In this document: in pieces, positions 12,540 through 25,800 of the stretch
How the letters are laid out: the number at the start of each line of letters is the position of its first letter
Position numbering within the stretch: position 1 is the first letter of the stretch
NCBI GenBank assembly: GCA_964187785.1
Contig: OZ076409.1
Span: 61,878,001 to 61,942,000, forward strand
DNA from: Amphiscolops sp. MND2022
Taxonomy: Eukaryota
Direction of reading: 5' to 3'
DNA length: 64,000 bases
Translations under genes and position numbers: made by a program
Notes under the pieces: generated by a model
Told to the model about the DNA's origin: nothing
Seen by the model: only the letters and a program-made list of their open reading frames with translations
Databases searched by the model: none

Positions 12540-15500
12540 AGTTAGAGACCACATCAAACATGAAGAAGTCTGCATAAATACACTCCCTACCTCAATACAG
12601 AACGCAATGCGAATAATACAACTCAAGGTCCCGAACCGTTATTCATAGGAATCCTCTATATACCTGATAGTAGAAGTCTCTATCGGATACCAGTGAACGA
12701 ACTTAGAGAAATGTTTGCTTTCCTTCGGGAAAACTGTAAGCCAAATCTCATGCTTGTCGGTGACTTCAACATGCCAGATACAACCTGGGCTACCTACCAA
12801 TCTGCAGACAATTACGAGCAACAAGCAATTGCTTTCAAAGAAGACTGTGGGTTGATCCAGATGGTGAACTTCAAAACCACAAAAAGTTCCTGTTTGGACC
12901 TTGTACTCGTAACTGAGGAATCATTCATAGGTGAAATCGCGGAGAAGGCAGGCATGGAAGGCTTCTCAAATCATATCCCGTTAAATCTTGAATTAACTAT
13001 AAATGCACAAGTTACGAAGATGAGTAAAAGTCAATATTTTAGTTACTGCCGTTGCGACTATGATTCTCTGCTAGCTGAAATGGCTGTTCAAGCTTTCCGG
13101 CCATTTTGTTATAGTAATGTTGATGTAATTGTAAATCTATGGTACCATTGAATTTATTCAATGGTAGATAAATATACTCCAAAAAGGACAAAAAAAACAG
13201 AAATACCCCCCATGGGTATCAAATGAAACATCACACGTGCTGAATAAACTGTAAACTGCTAGACGAAGTCAACGAAAGAAATCTTCTGAGATTTCGAGCA
13301 AAGTAATCCTTCTGGAGGCTAAATGTATGGAACTACAAAAAAGACATAAAGGACTACGAAACAAACCTTTTTGCTGAGAAAAGTGGCGAAAGAATTTTCA
13401 AGTACCTGAAGAGCTTGAAAAAAAACTTTCTCTCGAGGATAGTAAATAACGAAACAAAAGAAATTGCAACTAGCGATTACAACAAAGCAGAACTTTTCAA
13501 AAAGTATTTTGTCTCTTGTAACCGATCCTAAGCAAGTGGAATTTGGGAACATAACCTATATCGATGAACTTGAAATCAGCAAAGATCTACATAGGTTCAA
13601 CGTCAGTAAAAGTCGTGGAGCCGATGGACTTCCCCCAGCCTTTCTACGAGAGACCAGAATAGACATAACGCGGTCGCTGAAACTCTTGTACTCGAACATA
13701 AAAAGACTATCTAAGTTTCCGACTAAATGGAAAGAAGGAATTGTTTCGCCAATCCACAAAGAAAATGAAAGAGTAAATGTTAAAAACTATTGTCCTGTAA
13801 CACTCCTGAGCATAGTTTCGAAAATATTTGAAAAAATCTTGTTTCGGTCAATTGCACCTGCGTTCTTGAACTTCGTTAGCGAATTCCAGTACGGTTTTTT
13901 GCCCAGAAAATCTGTTGTCCTTCAGCTAATTACAAGTCTCTCAAGAATTTATGGAAATTTGAACACTGCCGGCCACGTGAACTTGCTAGCTCTCTTCGAC
14001 TTCTCCAAAGCATTTGATAAGATCAAGCAGGATATTGTACTCAAGAAGTTGACAACTCGGTGTTTCTGAGAAATTTTTTCACTTGCTCCGAGACTACCTA
14101 AACGGCAGAACTCAAAGGGTTAAGATCAACAACAGTCTTTCAGACAAGATGTCCATCACGTCGGGCGTGCCTCAAGGTTCAATTCTGGGACCACTCTTTT
14201 TCCTGATTTACATAAACGACCTACCAAGTGTTGTGTTTTCTCCAGTGGCACTACTGTTTGCGGATGACTTGAAATTGATATATAGTGGTAGTCCAGAGCA
14301 ATTGGAACGCCTGCAAAGTGACATTGATAATTTACTCTCCTGGAGTACCCAAAATTGTCTCCTGTTTTATGCCAAGAAGTGCTCCGTAATTGAATTCGTG
14401 CCTGGAAAAAACAAGAGAAAAACAAACGGTGCCTTAGTACTGGGAAATGAAATCATGAAGCAAACAAGCCGAGAACGGCCAAAGTCGGCGCCATATCCAA
14501 GGCTCAAAATTTAAATTAAAGGGGGCCCTTCGGGCTTTGTGAAACTCCAGCTGGTTGCAAAAAATTTTAAAAAAATTGAAGGGGGGACCCTTTGGAGACA
14601 TGAAAAAATTTCCCAAAAAAATTTTTAAATGAAATTTTTGAACAGTGTCACAGTGCCGAAAAAGGTAAAAGGGGGACCCTTTGCGATTTTTTGACATCCA
14701 TTGTGTTGCAAAATATCGAAACAAATGAAGGGGGGACCCTCTGGTGCATTCCAAAAAACTTCAAAAAAGTCGCATTGTGCCGAAAAAAGGTGGGGCTAAG
14801 GTGGGATCTTTAGTGTTTTCGAGGTTGTGGACGTCTGTTTTGTTTTTTCTTTTCGTTTTGGACGCGCTTCTGAGGTTGAAGTTGTTGAGGTTTGAAGTTG
14901 TTGAGGTTTGAGTTTGTTGAACAAATGAACAAAAAAGTGGACCTTTCGTGTCTAAAAAAACTACCCACTGTAATAGTCGGGCAAATTTTCTACTAAAATG
15001 CGCCGCCGACTAAAAACGTCCTCCAAAGACGTAGGACTCATCATCAATGAATCACTAAGCTGGAAAGAACACGTGGAGTATCGTATGTCAAAAGCCTTAA
15101 AATGTTTATTTCTTCTGAAGAGAGACGCCCATCAATCACTCACCATAACGGCAAAAGTACACCTTTACAGAGCTATCATAAATCCGATACTGTTGCTTGG
15201 TTCTGAATGCTGACAACTGAAAAAAGCTGAGTACAAATTAATCGGAAATTTCAACGCCAAGGCCCTCAAATGGATCTGTGGCAACATGAATTACATTGAC
15301 TCGCTAATTTCGACGAACTCATTGCCACCACTTTATTACAAGATTCTCAAAGACTTTCTGTTGTACAGTAACATCATTAACGACTACTATACAGTTGACC
15401 TTACCGAGCACTATGGAATCAAGCGTGAAGGAAGACGAGAATCATATTACCGACTACCTTTTACGAAGCACAACGTCAAAACATCTGGTACCGAACTGGA

Positions 15501-15670
15501 TTCAGAATCAATATAAACAGAAACACCTTGACTTTTTTATCCGTCTGAACCTGAAACTGAGACTGCTTACTTTGATGTGGAAGTATCTTATATATTATTG
15601 GGCAGACAACAATCCGTGTACTAGGATTTTTGTGTGCCTATGTGAACCATGTCGTGCTAACCCTTGATTT
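12540..15670 (+). mobile_element. Degenerate CR1/L2-like non-LTR retrotransposon ORF2 (APE endonuclease + RT)
   Basis: LVGDFNMPD, SCLDLVL, FDFSKAFDKI, GVPQGSILGP, LLFADDLKL, KDVGLIINESLSW. Frameshifts and stops; split by an insertion at 14462-15016. Ends approximate. Confidence 0.85.
14462..15016 (-). mobile_element. Non-autonomous Helentron-associated (HINE/DINE-1-like) element inserted in the LINE RT
   Basis: Removing it restores MKQTSSKDVG. Minus strand shows T-tract ends, subterminal inverted repeats AGTCGGCG/CGCCGACT and a 3' stem-loop GCCG-TTCT-CGGC. Internal GGGGGACCCT repeats; related end at ~4494-4580. Confidence 0.6.
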
Positions 15671-16851
15671 AATTACGGGAGTTTCTCCCTGTGGCATTTC
15701 CACGAAGCCATAATAAAAATAATATTTTTTTCCTCAAAATGTCTTGCAAAAACAAACGGGGTAGTTCCAATGAAACAATAAACAAAATGAGAATGCCCGA
15801 TTTGGCACAAGCTTCATGGTTCATTAAGAGCAAAATCTTTCAAATATGCTCAATGATTCGAGAATATTTCAGAATATGGTTTTGTCTTGCCTAATTTTCG
15901 AACAACATAAAAGTATAAATCCGACGCTTTCATTTGACATAAAGGCTGCTGGAGAAAGAAATTTTCTAGGTTTGCCTCTTCATTTTCTGGCAACAAGTAT
16001 TGTGGAAACAACGCTGGCTGACGGTCAGTCAGATGAAAATGAAATGTGAGAAATCAAAGCGAATTTGTGAAGAGAAACCGAAAACGAACATATTGTTTCA
16101 GATTTCAGACAACTCTACCGAAGGCAAAAAATGAATACTGGGGTGCGATAAACCATTCCACGGCCTACCTTATACTGGAGTTTGTAAAAAAATCTGAGAA
16201 TAAGTTTTTAGCAGCAATTTCAAAAGATCATAGACGTTGTTTTTCCTTGACTAAGATTAATCCTAGACATTTTAACCCTAGTCTTCAACCTTCAGACGTA
16301 GTTGAAGGATGGACGAAATTTCAAAAATGCACTTTTTACTCTGGCATTTCACGGTTGTTTATTTACAAGATTTAAAAACGATTGAAGCTTCAAATGTTTT
16401 GTCATCGTTCTGAGAAAATTCTGAAGCTTTAGAATAATCACTTCTTTCAAGCAACTTATTTATTTGGTCGAAGCTTTTTCTGGCGTTTCAAAAGATCGTA
16501 GTCGTTTTTTATTGAATGAGATTAAACCTAGACATTTGCAATCTAAGACCAATTTGCAGTTTTATTTAACTCAAACCGACTGATGTTGATATTGCTACAA
16601 TGAACTTGGAAGCAAAATGAATGCTACTTCCGCATGTATTTTTCGGAGACGAAAAGATAAAATGACATGAATGTCAAATTCGATTCCATTAATCTATTAT
16701 AGTAAAATTTGCCAATAATCTTGGACAGTAATTGAAGAAAAAGTACAGAAATCAACATAGACAAAAACCAATTTCGGAAACAAGAAATACAATAATCAAA
16801 GCTTGGGAATTCAATGTTTTCAATTCCGAAAAACTAAAATTTTGCCCCTGG

Positions 16852-19800
16852 TTAAATGTTTTGTTCGCTCTTAATTTCCATCATCTCAGGTTTGTCCATT
16901 ACGGCTGATGAAATTTGGCTGTCATTCTCAGGTTCTATCTCTTCTGTTTCGATGCAGAAAAAGTCCTTGGCATGTTTAAGTTCCTCAATCTCATTCTGTT
17001 CACGCTCGATCTCTAACTTGCGTTTTCTCTCGACAACCCAGTCGTTGAACAATTTCTTGGAATAGAGCACACAGCACGATATACTGCAGTATCTTCCATC
17101 GCTGCTCCAGAGCGAGCATTCTATTGACTCTTTTGGGCAGTTGAAACAAACTTTCGGCAGCTCTGGTTCTTTTTTGGGCGCCACCGGCTGAGGTGCCGGG
17201 GTTTTAGTAGGTTTAGTAGGCTTCGTCTTCATTGAGGTATGAGACCTAAAGAGGTAGCAAAAACAAAATTCTCTCAACGGAGGCACTTTGGATCTGAACC
17301 AAAAAAAGGGAATTTTCATAACATACACCCTTTGACGCTAAAACCACTGGTGAATTTTCATAGAAATTGACATCTTTACCAAATTATGAGCCGACTTTAG
17401 TGAAATCATGCTCAAGCTTTCAAGAATGTATGCATTAAGTTTTGAATTATACTGAAAAATCAGAAATAAGTATGAATCATTCGGAAATAAGGCTGGAGAG
17501 AATATTTTTATTTGGCACTTCATGGCTACACCTCAGCGCAAAAAGGACCTTACAGCGAACTTCTCTCAAGTCAAATAATGTCTTTTGAGATTTTCACTGA
17601 AATCGTAAGTTGAAATTGGTTATTTACATCATAGCAGGAACTATATTTTTTCAAAATCTGCAACTTTCAAAAACAACCTTGCGAAAGCAACGCAAAATTG
17701 CATCTTATGAACAAGAAGGGGTACTTTTTTTCTGTAGGTGTTTCTCGATGGGTTCATTCTTTAGTAGAACGGGGGCTGTTATTCATAAGACTCGTGATTC
17801 ATTTAATTCACTCCCGCGTTTTTTAGCTCACTGCTTTAGCTTGTTTTACAGGTATGAAGACCCAAGACAAAACAACCCTGAGTAGCTTACCTTTCGTCAT
17901 TGGTTGTTTTCATAATGCTCCGCTTCTTTTTCGCCTGTTCAACTGACGAATCTGAGGACTCCAACTCCGAACCGGAGGAATCTGTACTAGAAGGCAGAAA
18001 ATACTTCGGTTTAGGGGGAGGGGAAGAACTGGCTTTCAGGGATTTCTTTTTCCTAGATTTAATGACAGGGGAGCCGTCTTCACTGCTTGTACTGCTGTCT
18101 TTACTGTCGCTGTTTGAGTCATCGGTCGCGGATTGAAGATCAGCGGCAACTTTGCTCAAAATGCCGACCGGTTCTTCTTTTGAGCCTATAAAGGACACTT
18201 TGGAGCCAACAAGCCACAACTAAGTGAACGTAAATATGCCTCATGTCATAAAGACGCTCCTTCCTGAAAAACCCTCAGAGCTTTTCAAGTTTGAGATGAA
18301 TGGAATCGAACACACCAAAATTTCCACTTGATAACGTACAAGTTAATCTGTAACTCAAGATTTTGAAAGCTTCTAAATTGGCTTCCTTCGCAGTGAACAG
18401 AAAAAAAATTTCCTACCGTCCGATCGCTTTTCACTCTTTGCTTCTTTACTTTTCTTGATCTTCATTTTCTCCTTGTTAGAGCTCTTGTCTTCATTGGAGC
18501 CTGTACTGTTTTTATGGGGACTAGGAGGCAGCGAAATCTGAGACAACTGTCTCGCTTGTTTCTCAAATTTCTCTCTCTGACTTTTGTCGAGACCGAACCA
18601 CATCTGCGTAATGACTCTGGTAATCTTATCAGTGTCAGTTTCGTCGCTTTGCACTGAATCGAGTACGTCTTTATAGTAGAGTCGGAAGGCGGTCGTTTTC
18701 ACATCGTCTGATTCCGTTGATGTTTTGTGACTGCTTGCCGCAGTGGTGGAACTATTATCCACAGTGCCACCACGCTGAGATCTTTCTCTTTTTACCACTG
18801 AAAATAAAAACTGGAAATTATTAGCTGTATTCAGATTTTTTAAGACCAATTCTTCAGAAAGAACCAAACTTGAATAAGCGTACTGACATCATGAGAGTCT
18901 ACATTAAAATTTTTGATCACAAAAGGTCACAGAGAGTTCGTCACTCGAACAGGTAGAAGCTTCATAGAAATTTGGCTCTGCGCAGAAACATGGAAGACCC
19001 AAATACTTATTCGATTGGCAAATGTCGTTAATTGAATGCCAATGTGAACATTATGTTATACAGACGTTGCAATGTATATAATCGGATGATTTTAATGTTG
19101 CAATGTTGGTAAAAGTGACAGTTTTCAACATCTTGAACAATTCTTTCAAACACTAGTTCAAATAGAATTAATTTGCAGTCGAGAGCGAAATAATCGGAGA
19201 ACTTTGGCGCAATGGAAAGATACTTTGACAGAACAGACTAGATTGAAGTAATTTAATGCTTACGGGTATTCAGCACCTCTTCGTCACTAGACTCAGAGTC
19301 GAAAGTTTGTAGTGCCCTCTTGAGAGACTGATCACTACTGGTGGACTTGCAATCATCGTCATCTGAGTCACCCGCGGTTCCACTTCTTCTAGAAGACCTG
19401 CCCTTGCGTTTGGAGACAACACTGGCTGTTGCTGCACCAGAAGCTTCCTTTTTCTTACGCATAGAACTGTCAGTTTCATCCTGCCCTTGGGGGTTCATAA
19501 CCAAATTCAGTCCTAAACATGAAACCAGCGACCATATTTCTCACTCAAGTGCATATGCAAAGTTGCTTTTTTTCCGGATATGATGTTTTAAATCCAGTGC
19601 AGCTTTTGTCCGAAGAACTAATCGGACAAAATTACCATTTTGACAATACTGATAAAAATGTAACAAATTACTATAATGTTAACTACTATAACAAATTATA
19701 ACAGAGGCGAAGCGGTGCTTCGCAACACATGACGAAGACATCGATTATTTTAATATGCGTATATATACTATTTTAATCGCATGCGTATATATTCAACAGT

Positions 19801-22800
19801 TCAACTTCAATAACGTCCCTATGGCACAGTGGCCAACACTTATGCCGTGCAATCGGGAGGCTGCAGGTTCGAATCTCTCGGGGGTTTTGGGGTTTTTCTA
19901 AAAGGCGCTCATCATGAAGTTGACTATAGTGGAAAAAAAACTTACTTAGCTGGACTGCAATGCACAATGACTTCGTCATGTGCAAAAATGAGGAACAAAC
20001 AAAAAAATGAGTACCGAGATTGTATGACAATTCGTGATCTTCATATCCAAAATAGGTGGGCGGTTTTCGTTTGCGTCGTGACCTAGCCTCCACGAAACTC
20101 AACTCCTTCTCACTATTGCCAGATTCACTCCTTCTTTTGCCCACTTCTCGCTCTTTCGATCCCTTCGTGCTGGCTTCCGAAGCATCGTCGCTTTCAGAAG
20201 CCAGTGAAGCATCGTCTCCTGCTTGTTCAAAGTTGGGATCTTTCCTTTCGTCTCCTGGTTCATCTACATCACTGCTACTGCTAATATTGACAACGCCACT
20301 CGAATCGGGCTTTTGTTTCTCAGCACCCGGCGAAGACTGCATTTCAGGCTTGGGAATGACTCTCGCTAATTGCACTTTGCATTCAACTGGAAAATTATCA
20401 TCGCTGGAATCGTCCGACAAATCGACAATACTTCCTCCCGGTTTGACAGGGCATTTTGTAGGACTACCGCTGAAGTCAAGTAACCAGTTGTCTTTGGTTT
20501 TGCCGATTTTATCGAAAAGCGATTCATCTTCATTTTCCTTCGAGTCTTGGGATCTGCAAAAAATGCTTTTGAACAGAAAACTTTTTCCTAATGACATTTC
20601 AACACATAAATTTTGTATAATCATGAGTCCTCGAAAACTTGGTACGAGGAATCTCCAACACTTCATTCATCGTTCACCTGACATTGTAGAACTCAGATTT
20701 TTCATTTTCTTGAATTTGAGATTCCTATGGCTTTATGATGTCGAAGGCAAAAACGAACAGCTCAAAAAAGACCAACACTGAAAGAACAAAGCTTTTGAAA
20801 ACTCAAGAACATTTGGTGATTCAAAAATTACAACGCTTTTTTCAGTTCCCGGTGTTTTTTCGTAGCATTATCTCTAGCTTGTGTTACTGAGTTGAGGTAA
20901 ACTATGTGAACCATCATTAATTTTTTATCATTGAAGGCCGCGGCATTATTGAGTGAATTGAGGGCAAAATATGAATGTCAAGAAAAAATTGATTTCAGAC
21001 TTTATGACGACTTTGAATAAAAATTGCGGCGTGTAATCGAATACGGCTTTTAATTTTTTTTCTCAAACCTTAAAAAAATACAAGGGGTCGTGCGCATCGG
21101 GGCCACGTTTTAGGATGGATGATTTTTAAATGTGTAGCCCGAAATTAAATGGTGGGCAGTCTAGAAATGAAGGGTGGCACCGATACGCTCCAAGCCCGAA
21201 GCCTCCCCAGGTGTCAACGACGACCCCCAATAATTTACAATTTTTAGTAAAAAATTATCAATTGAATTAAGCAAGTGGAGGCTCCTAAATTTATCAAAAT
21301 AAAAATAGCATCAAATATAAATGTCTAGCTTGAAAGCACGTCATGTGAATAGCACTAAGGCATTTTATATTAGATCAGCAGTCTACCTTCCTCAACGACA
21401 GTTCCTATCGAGGCTTCAACTATCCCACGACGACGCAGCGAACGCGAGCCACGGATACACAGAATGGAACTTCGCAAAAGCGCGAAGCTGATTTTTGTCC
21501 GGATATAAGTGATGTCCGAGTAGGAATCCTCCTTTTTGTCGCTCAGTTTTCCTGCTATCCGCTTGATTACCTTTGACGCGGATGGGCCTGCTCCTCCAGT
21601 GCAGGAGAAGACGAGCGGATTGAAGGTGGCATGTTCGACTTCTCGGATTCGTTGTTCGTATTTTAGCTTTTTTATTTTTTAGCTGAAAACTGAGGACAGA
21701 GTATGAATGTTCCAAAAGTTTGGATTGACAGCTAGATACAAATTCTCCTCAAAATGAATTGGAAGGAGTCTTACGCAATGGGGTTCTGACATTTTTGGCT
21801 CTGTTGAATAGTCTCTCCACAATGTTGAAAGTCGGCAGTAGTAAAGAGTGAGCTGAACAGAGGGGTATAAAGTGAGGAGTACATGTATTAAGATTGGTTA
21901 TAGGACTAGAAATCCCTTATTTGGAAATTTACAGAAAAGGAGGAGTTCAACGGCCGCCGCCGCCGCCAACGGAATGCCGCCGCCGCCGCCGCCGCCGGTG
22001 ACAGCTGTTGCCGCCGCGGGGACGGATTAAAGTACTTAGGAATGAAAACAATTGTACTAACGAATTGAAACGATTCAAATTAGAGCAATTTCATTGGATC
22101 ACTTCCCTTTTGGCAGTGCAACGAAAAATTCTCATTTAATTTTGCCCGAACACAATTACTAGCTTGTTCTGTACCTTGCAAGTAATGAAACGAAAAATAG
22201 TTTCCGAAAAATCGAACGATTATCCTCGAACCAGCAAAGGAAAAATGGAACAATCTGAACTCTGTCCAACTCCACATCAATCTCCCAATTTCTCTACCAA
22301 CTTGTTCACAAGTTATGTGGATATTGGACCAGAGGAGACTTTAGACTTCGGCACGCTTGCGGTGGCACCTCAGACTTCCAAGTCTTTATCTTTTGGGAAA
22401 TCAGTTCTGGATAAGTACCGACAAACTGGTTTTCTTGCAGACGCACAATCTTCGACTAAATGCTGGGACTTTTCTTGTATACCCGAAAGAACTTTAAGAA
22501 TTTCTATTCCTGCCACTGAAATAAAACATCCAACCAGTAATTGGATACATATTAAAATCTATAAAGAATTTATGGGACAAATGAAGTTTCATCAGCTTCT
22601 GATTCTCTCCACCTGGGAAATGAGGAGAGTGTTATCATCACTCGATGAGGTTTTGCAGGAAGCTCGAAATTTGTTTGAGGAAAACTCGAATGAAATCATT
22701 GTTACGTCCTATACTGCTGAGAATCCTTATTTGAATTTCCCCACGCCATTAGAAGATTCCAAAAGTTGTGCTAAATTTTGGGAACTTTGTGAAACAGCGA

Positions 22801-25800
22801 GACGAAAGATTTGTGCTTCAATGACTGTCTATGACAAAGAAAACTTCTACCGCTCCTATATTCAATTGAAGTTATACACACGAGTCAACACAGAGGACAA
22901 TTTCGTCAGGAAAGGATGTATCAATATGAAAGTGGGAGAAGTATCTAAGTGTCTGAATTCTAAACTGGAGCTGATGGAAACATTCGTCAGGGAAACACTA
23001 GCATTGAATAAGAAACTGACTACGTCTGTCTCTCTTCCTTCTCTGTTTATGTGAATTTTTGTTGAATGATTCATTTTATATATTTATTGTTTCCATTGTA
23101 ATTCATTGTTTGCTCTTCCATTTCAAGTTTTTTCTCCCAGATCTTCAGTTGATCACAACCAGTTAAAATTGAGATCCTATTCTGAATTTTTCTTACCAAT
23201 ACAAGTGAAAGATATTCACATCTGAACGTTGCTATAAAAAATGGATGTAAAGCTTATCAACGAACTGGAAAAGGAAATATCGAATGATTACAGTTTCAGT
23301 AGGAACACCAGAAGAAAGAATTATTTTTTAGCAGCATGCAAATCACTTGATCCGGAAATAAATCTGTTGCAAATAGATGAACAGTCCCCTTTCGGAGGAA
23401 TTATAGGTATTGACGATTCACCTCTTGATCGTGTTCTATCTTTCTCAAAAGTTTTTCGACTTCATGCAGTTTTACATGATGCCTCGGGCTTCATGAAAAG
23501 GGAATTGAATGTAGGACCAGGGTATTGTTATGTATTCAGATTTGATAACAAGTTTCCCAACTTCTGCTTCCTAGGACATTTAACGGGAATCTCCTATTGT
23601 CTATACTTGAAGTTTTTCTTACCATCACTTTTCGAAACAATTCGAGTTTAAAAGTCATTACTTTGACAACTAATGTTATCATACAGTCGTTCCTGTACAG
23701 CAGATATGCAAAATTCCAATAACCCAGTGGTACATACAAAAGAGATAATTTTCGACGATAATAACGAGGAGCGTCAACCTTGGAACGTGTGCGGACGTAA
23801 GTGTTCGAGATCAGCAAGCCTATTCATTATTCAAAGCAGTGTTGTTCTTATATTAATTGTTACTTCTGTCGTCAGTATTCTACTCTCCTCAAGTTGTGAA
23901 GAAACAACCGTTTGGGTAGCTATTTTATCAAGTGTAGTCGGGTACATACTTCCGAATCCACGTCCTTAGATATGAATAAGTTAATTTCCACGGAAGATAG
24001 AGTTTTCATGTCCTTGGTTGGACCATCTGCTTCAGGGAAAAGTCACCTAATATTTCAGATGCTAAAAGCAGGAACTTTCGTTCCCAAATTTGATAAGATT
24101 TTCTATTTTTATCAATTCTTCCAGAACTTGTATATACGGATGCAGCGAGACATAGAGAACATTGAATTCATCGGTAGCTTAGATTTCGACTTCATTGATA
24201 ACTTACCTAATGATGGAACAAAGTACTTATTAATTTTCGATGATTCTTGTGACGAAATTTCACGTTCCAAGAAGTTCGAGAAACTCGCCACTGCTGGAAG
24301 ACATAGAAATTTGAACTGTATTTATGTTAAACACAACCTTTTTCACAAAGCTTCTACTGGTCGCGACACTGAGTTACAAAACACTCACATCATTTTATTC
24401 AAGTCACCAAGAGATGTACAGCAGATTAATGTTCTTGGGAAGCAGTTAGGTCTGGGATCTGACCTAAAACAGTGGTATTCAGATGCAACCTCCAAACCTT
24501 ATGGTCATATTTTGATAGATTTAACACCAAAGACACCCGATCCACTAAGATTTTGTTCAGATATCACTTCATTTCCAACCGTTTTCTATTTACCAAACAG
24601 TAGGTCGCGAGTAACAGAAATAAATGATCAAAAAACTGGATTACTTTACTCTAAAGCTTCTCCTCGACTCCAGTAAAGATTTACAGAAAAGTTTCCTGAA
24701 ACTTTGTTCGAAAGATTTTGTCAGATTTCTCTGCGAATGTTGTAGAAACCTAGTCCATGGAAACTTGAAAGTTGCGAGCAAGATCAAATTGATTCCCTTG
24801 AAGCAAATCATTAAACAATTGATATCTAAAAAGACTAGTTTGAAACAACGTCGATTCCTTTTGGCTTGTGATAAAGGAATTATACTATTCAGATTCATTG
24901 CACAAGCTGTTTTAGATAAATTTCAACATCTTTTCGACAATGGAAAATAATAAATTTGTTTTGATTCCTCTTCATTTATGGAAAGCAGGGAAAACCAATT
25001 TTCAGACAGACCTTTCATCACCTATAGATGTACAAACAGAATCTACCAACGAAAGAATGAGTTTCTTTAATTCCTTACCACAATCGCTCAAGTCTAATAA
25101 AAAGCACTCCCCTTCCAATGATACTTCCAATGATACTAGAATTGTTCAACCTTCTAATAAGCAGTCCAAACTTAAAGAGTATCTCTTGGATGTTTTCAAG
25201 AAAGATTCCAAGGCCAAGAAAATATTAGAAGAACTGTTTTCCAACCCGTCGATCAAATTTTCTAATGGAAACACAATTGTTGTGAATAATACAGACACAG
25301 AAGTCAATGCTCGGGACTTCGTTTATGATTTGAGACATAAGTCAGCTAATTTCAACCCGAGATATTCTATCATTCTGCAACAATTGAAGCTACCATCAAC
25401 ATACCTTGCCAACAGTACCGCTCTAACTGGTGATGATGACAGTTGGATCACTTTCTCTTTCTGAAAGACTCAAACTTACAAAATTATACCGGAACGGACC
25501 GGCAGCGTTCGGTTCAATATCAAATTTAGTTAGACTTAGTGGTCTCTCACGCACGAAAGTCAAACAATTTCTTGATAGTAAAGCGTCATACACCAAATAC
25601 AAAAATCGAATCCGGAAATTTCCTAGACTACATGTTTTTGCCAGGTTCATTGATGACATATGGTGTTTAGATCTGGCACAAGTTGATAAATTATCCCAAT
25701 GGAATTCTCACACAAAATTCCTAATGGTTTGTGTTGACGTGTTTTCACGCTTTATAAGGGTTGAACCTATGAAGAACAAATCTAGTGAATCAACCAAAAT

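Noticed and set aside
20056..20781. 241-aa plus-strand ORF (also 17900-18136 and 29590-30048)
   Set aside because: Antisense shadows of minus-strand coding sequence.
21416..21715. 99-aa ORF as a host exon
   Set aside because: Another frame gives a clear CRE endonuclease C-terminus, and host exon phases match without it.
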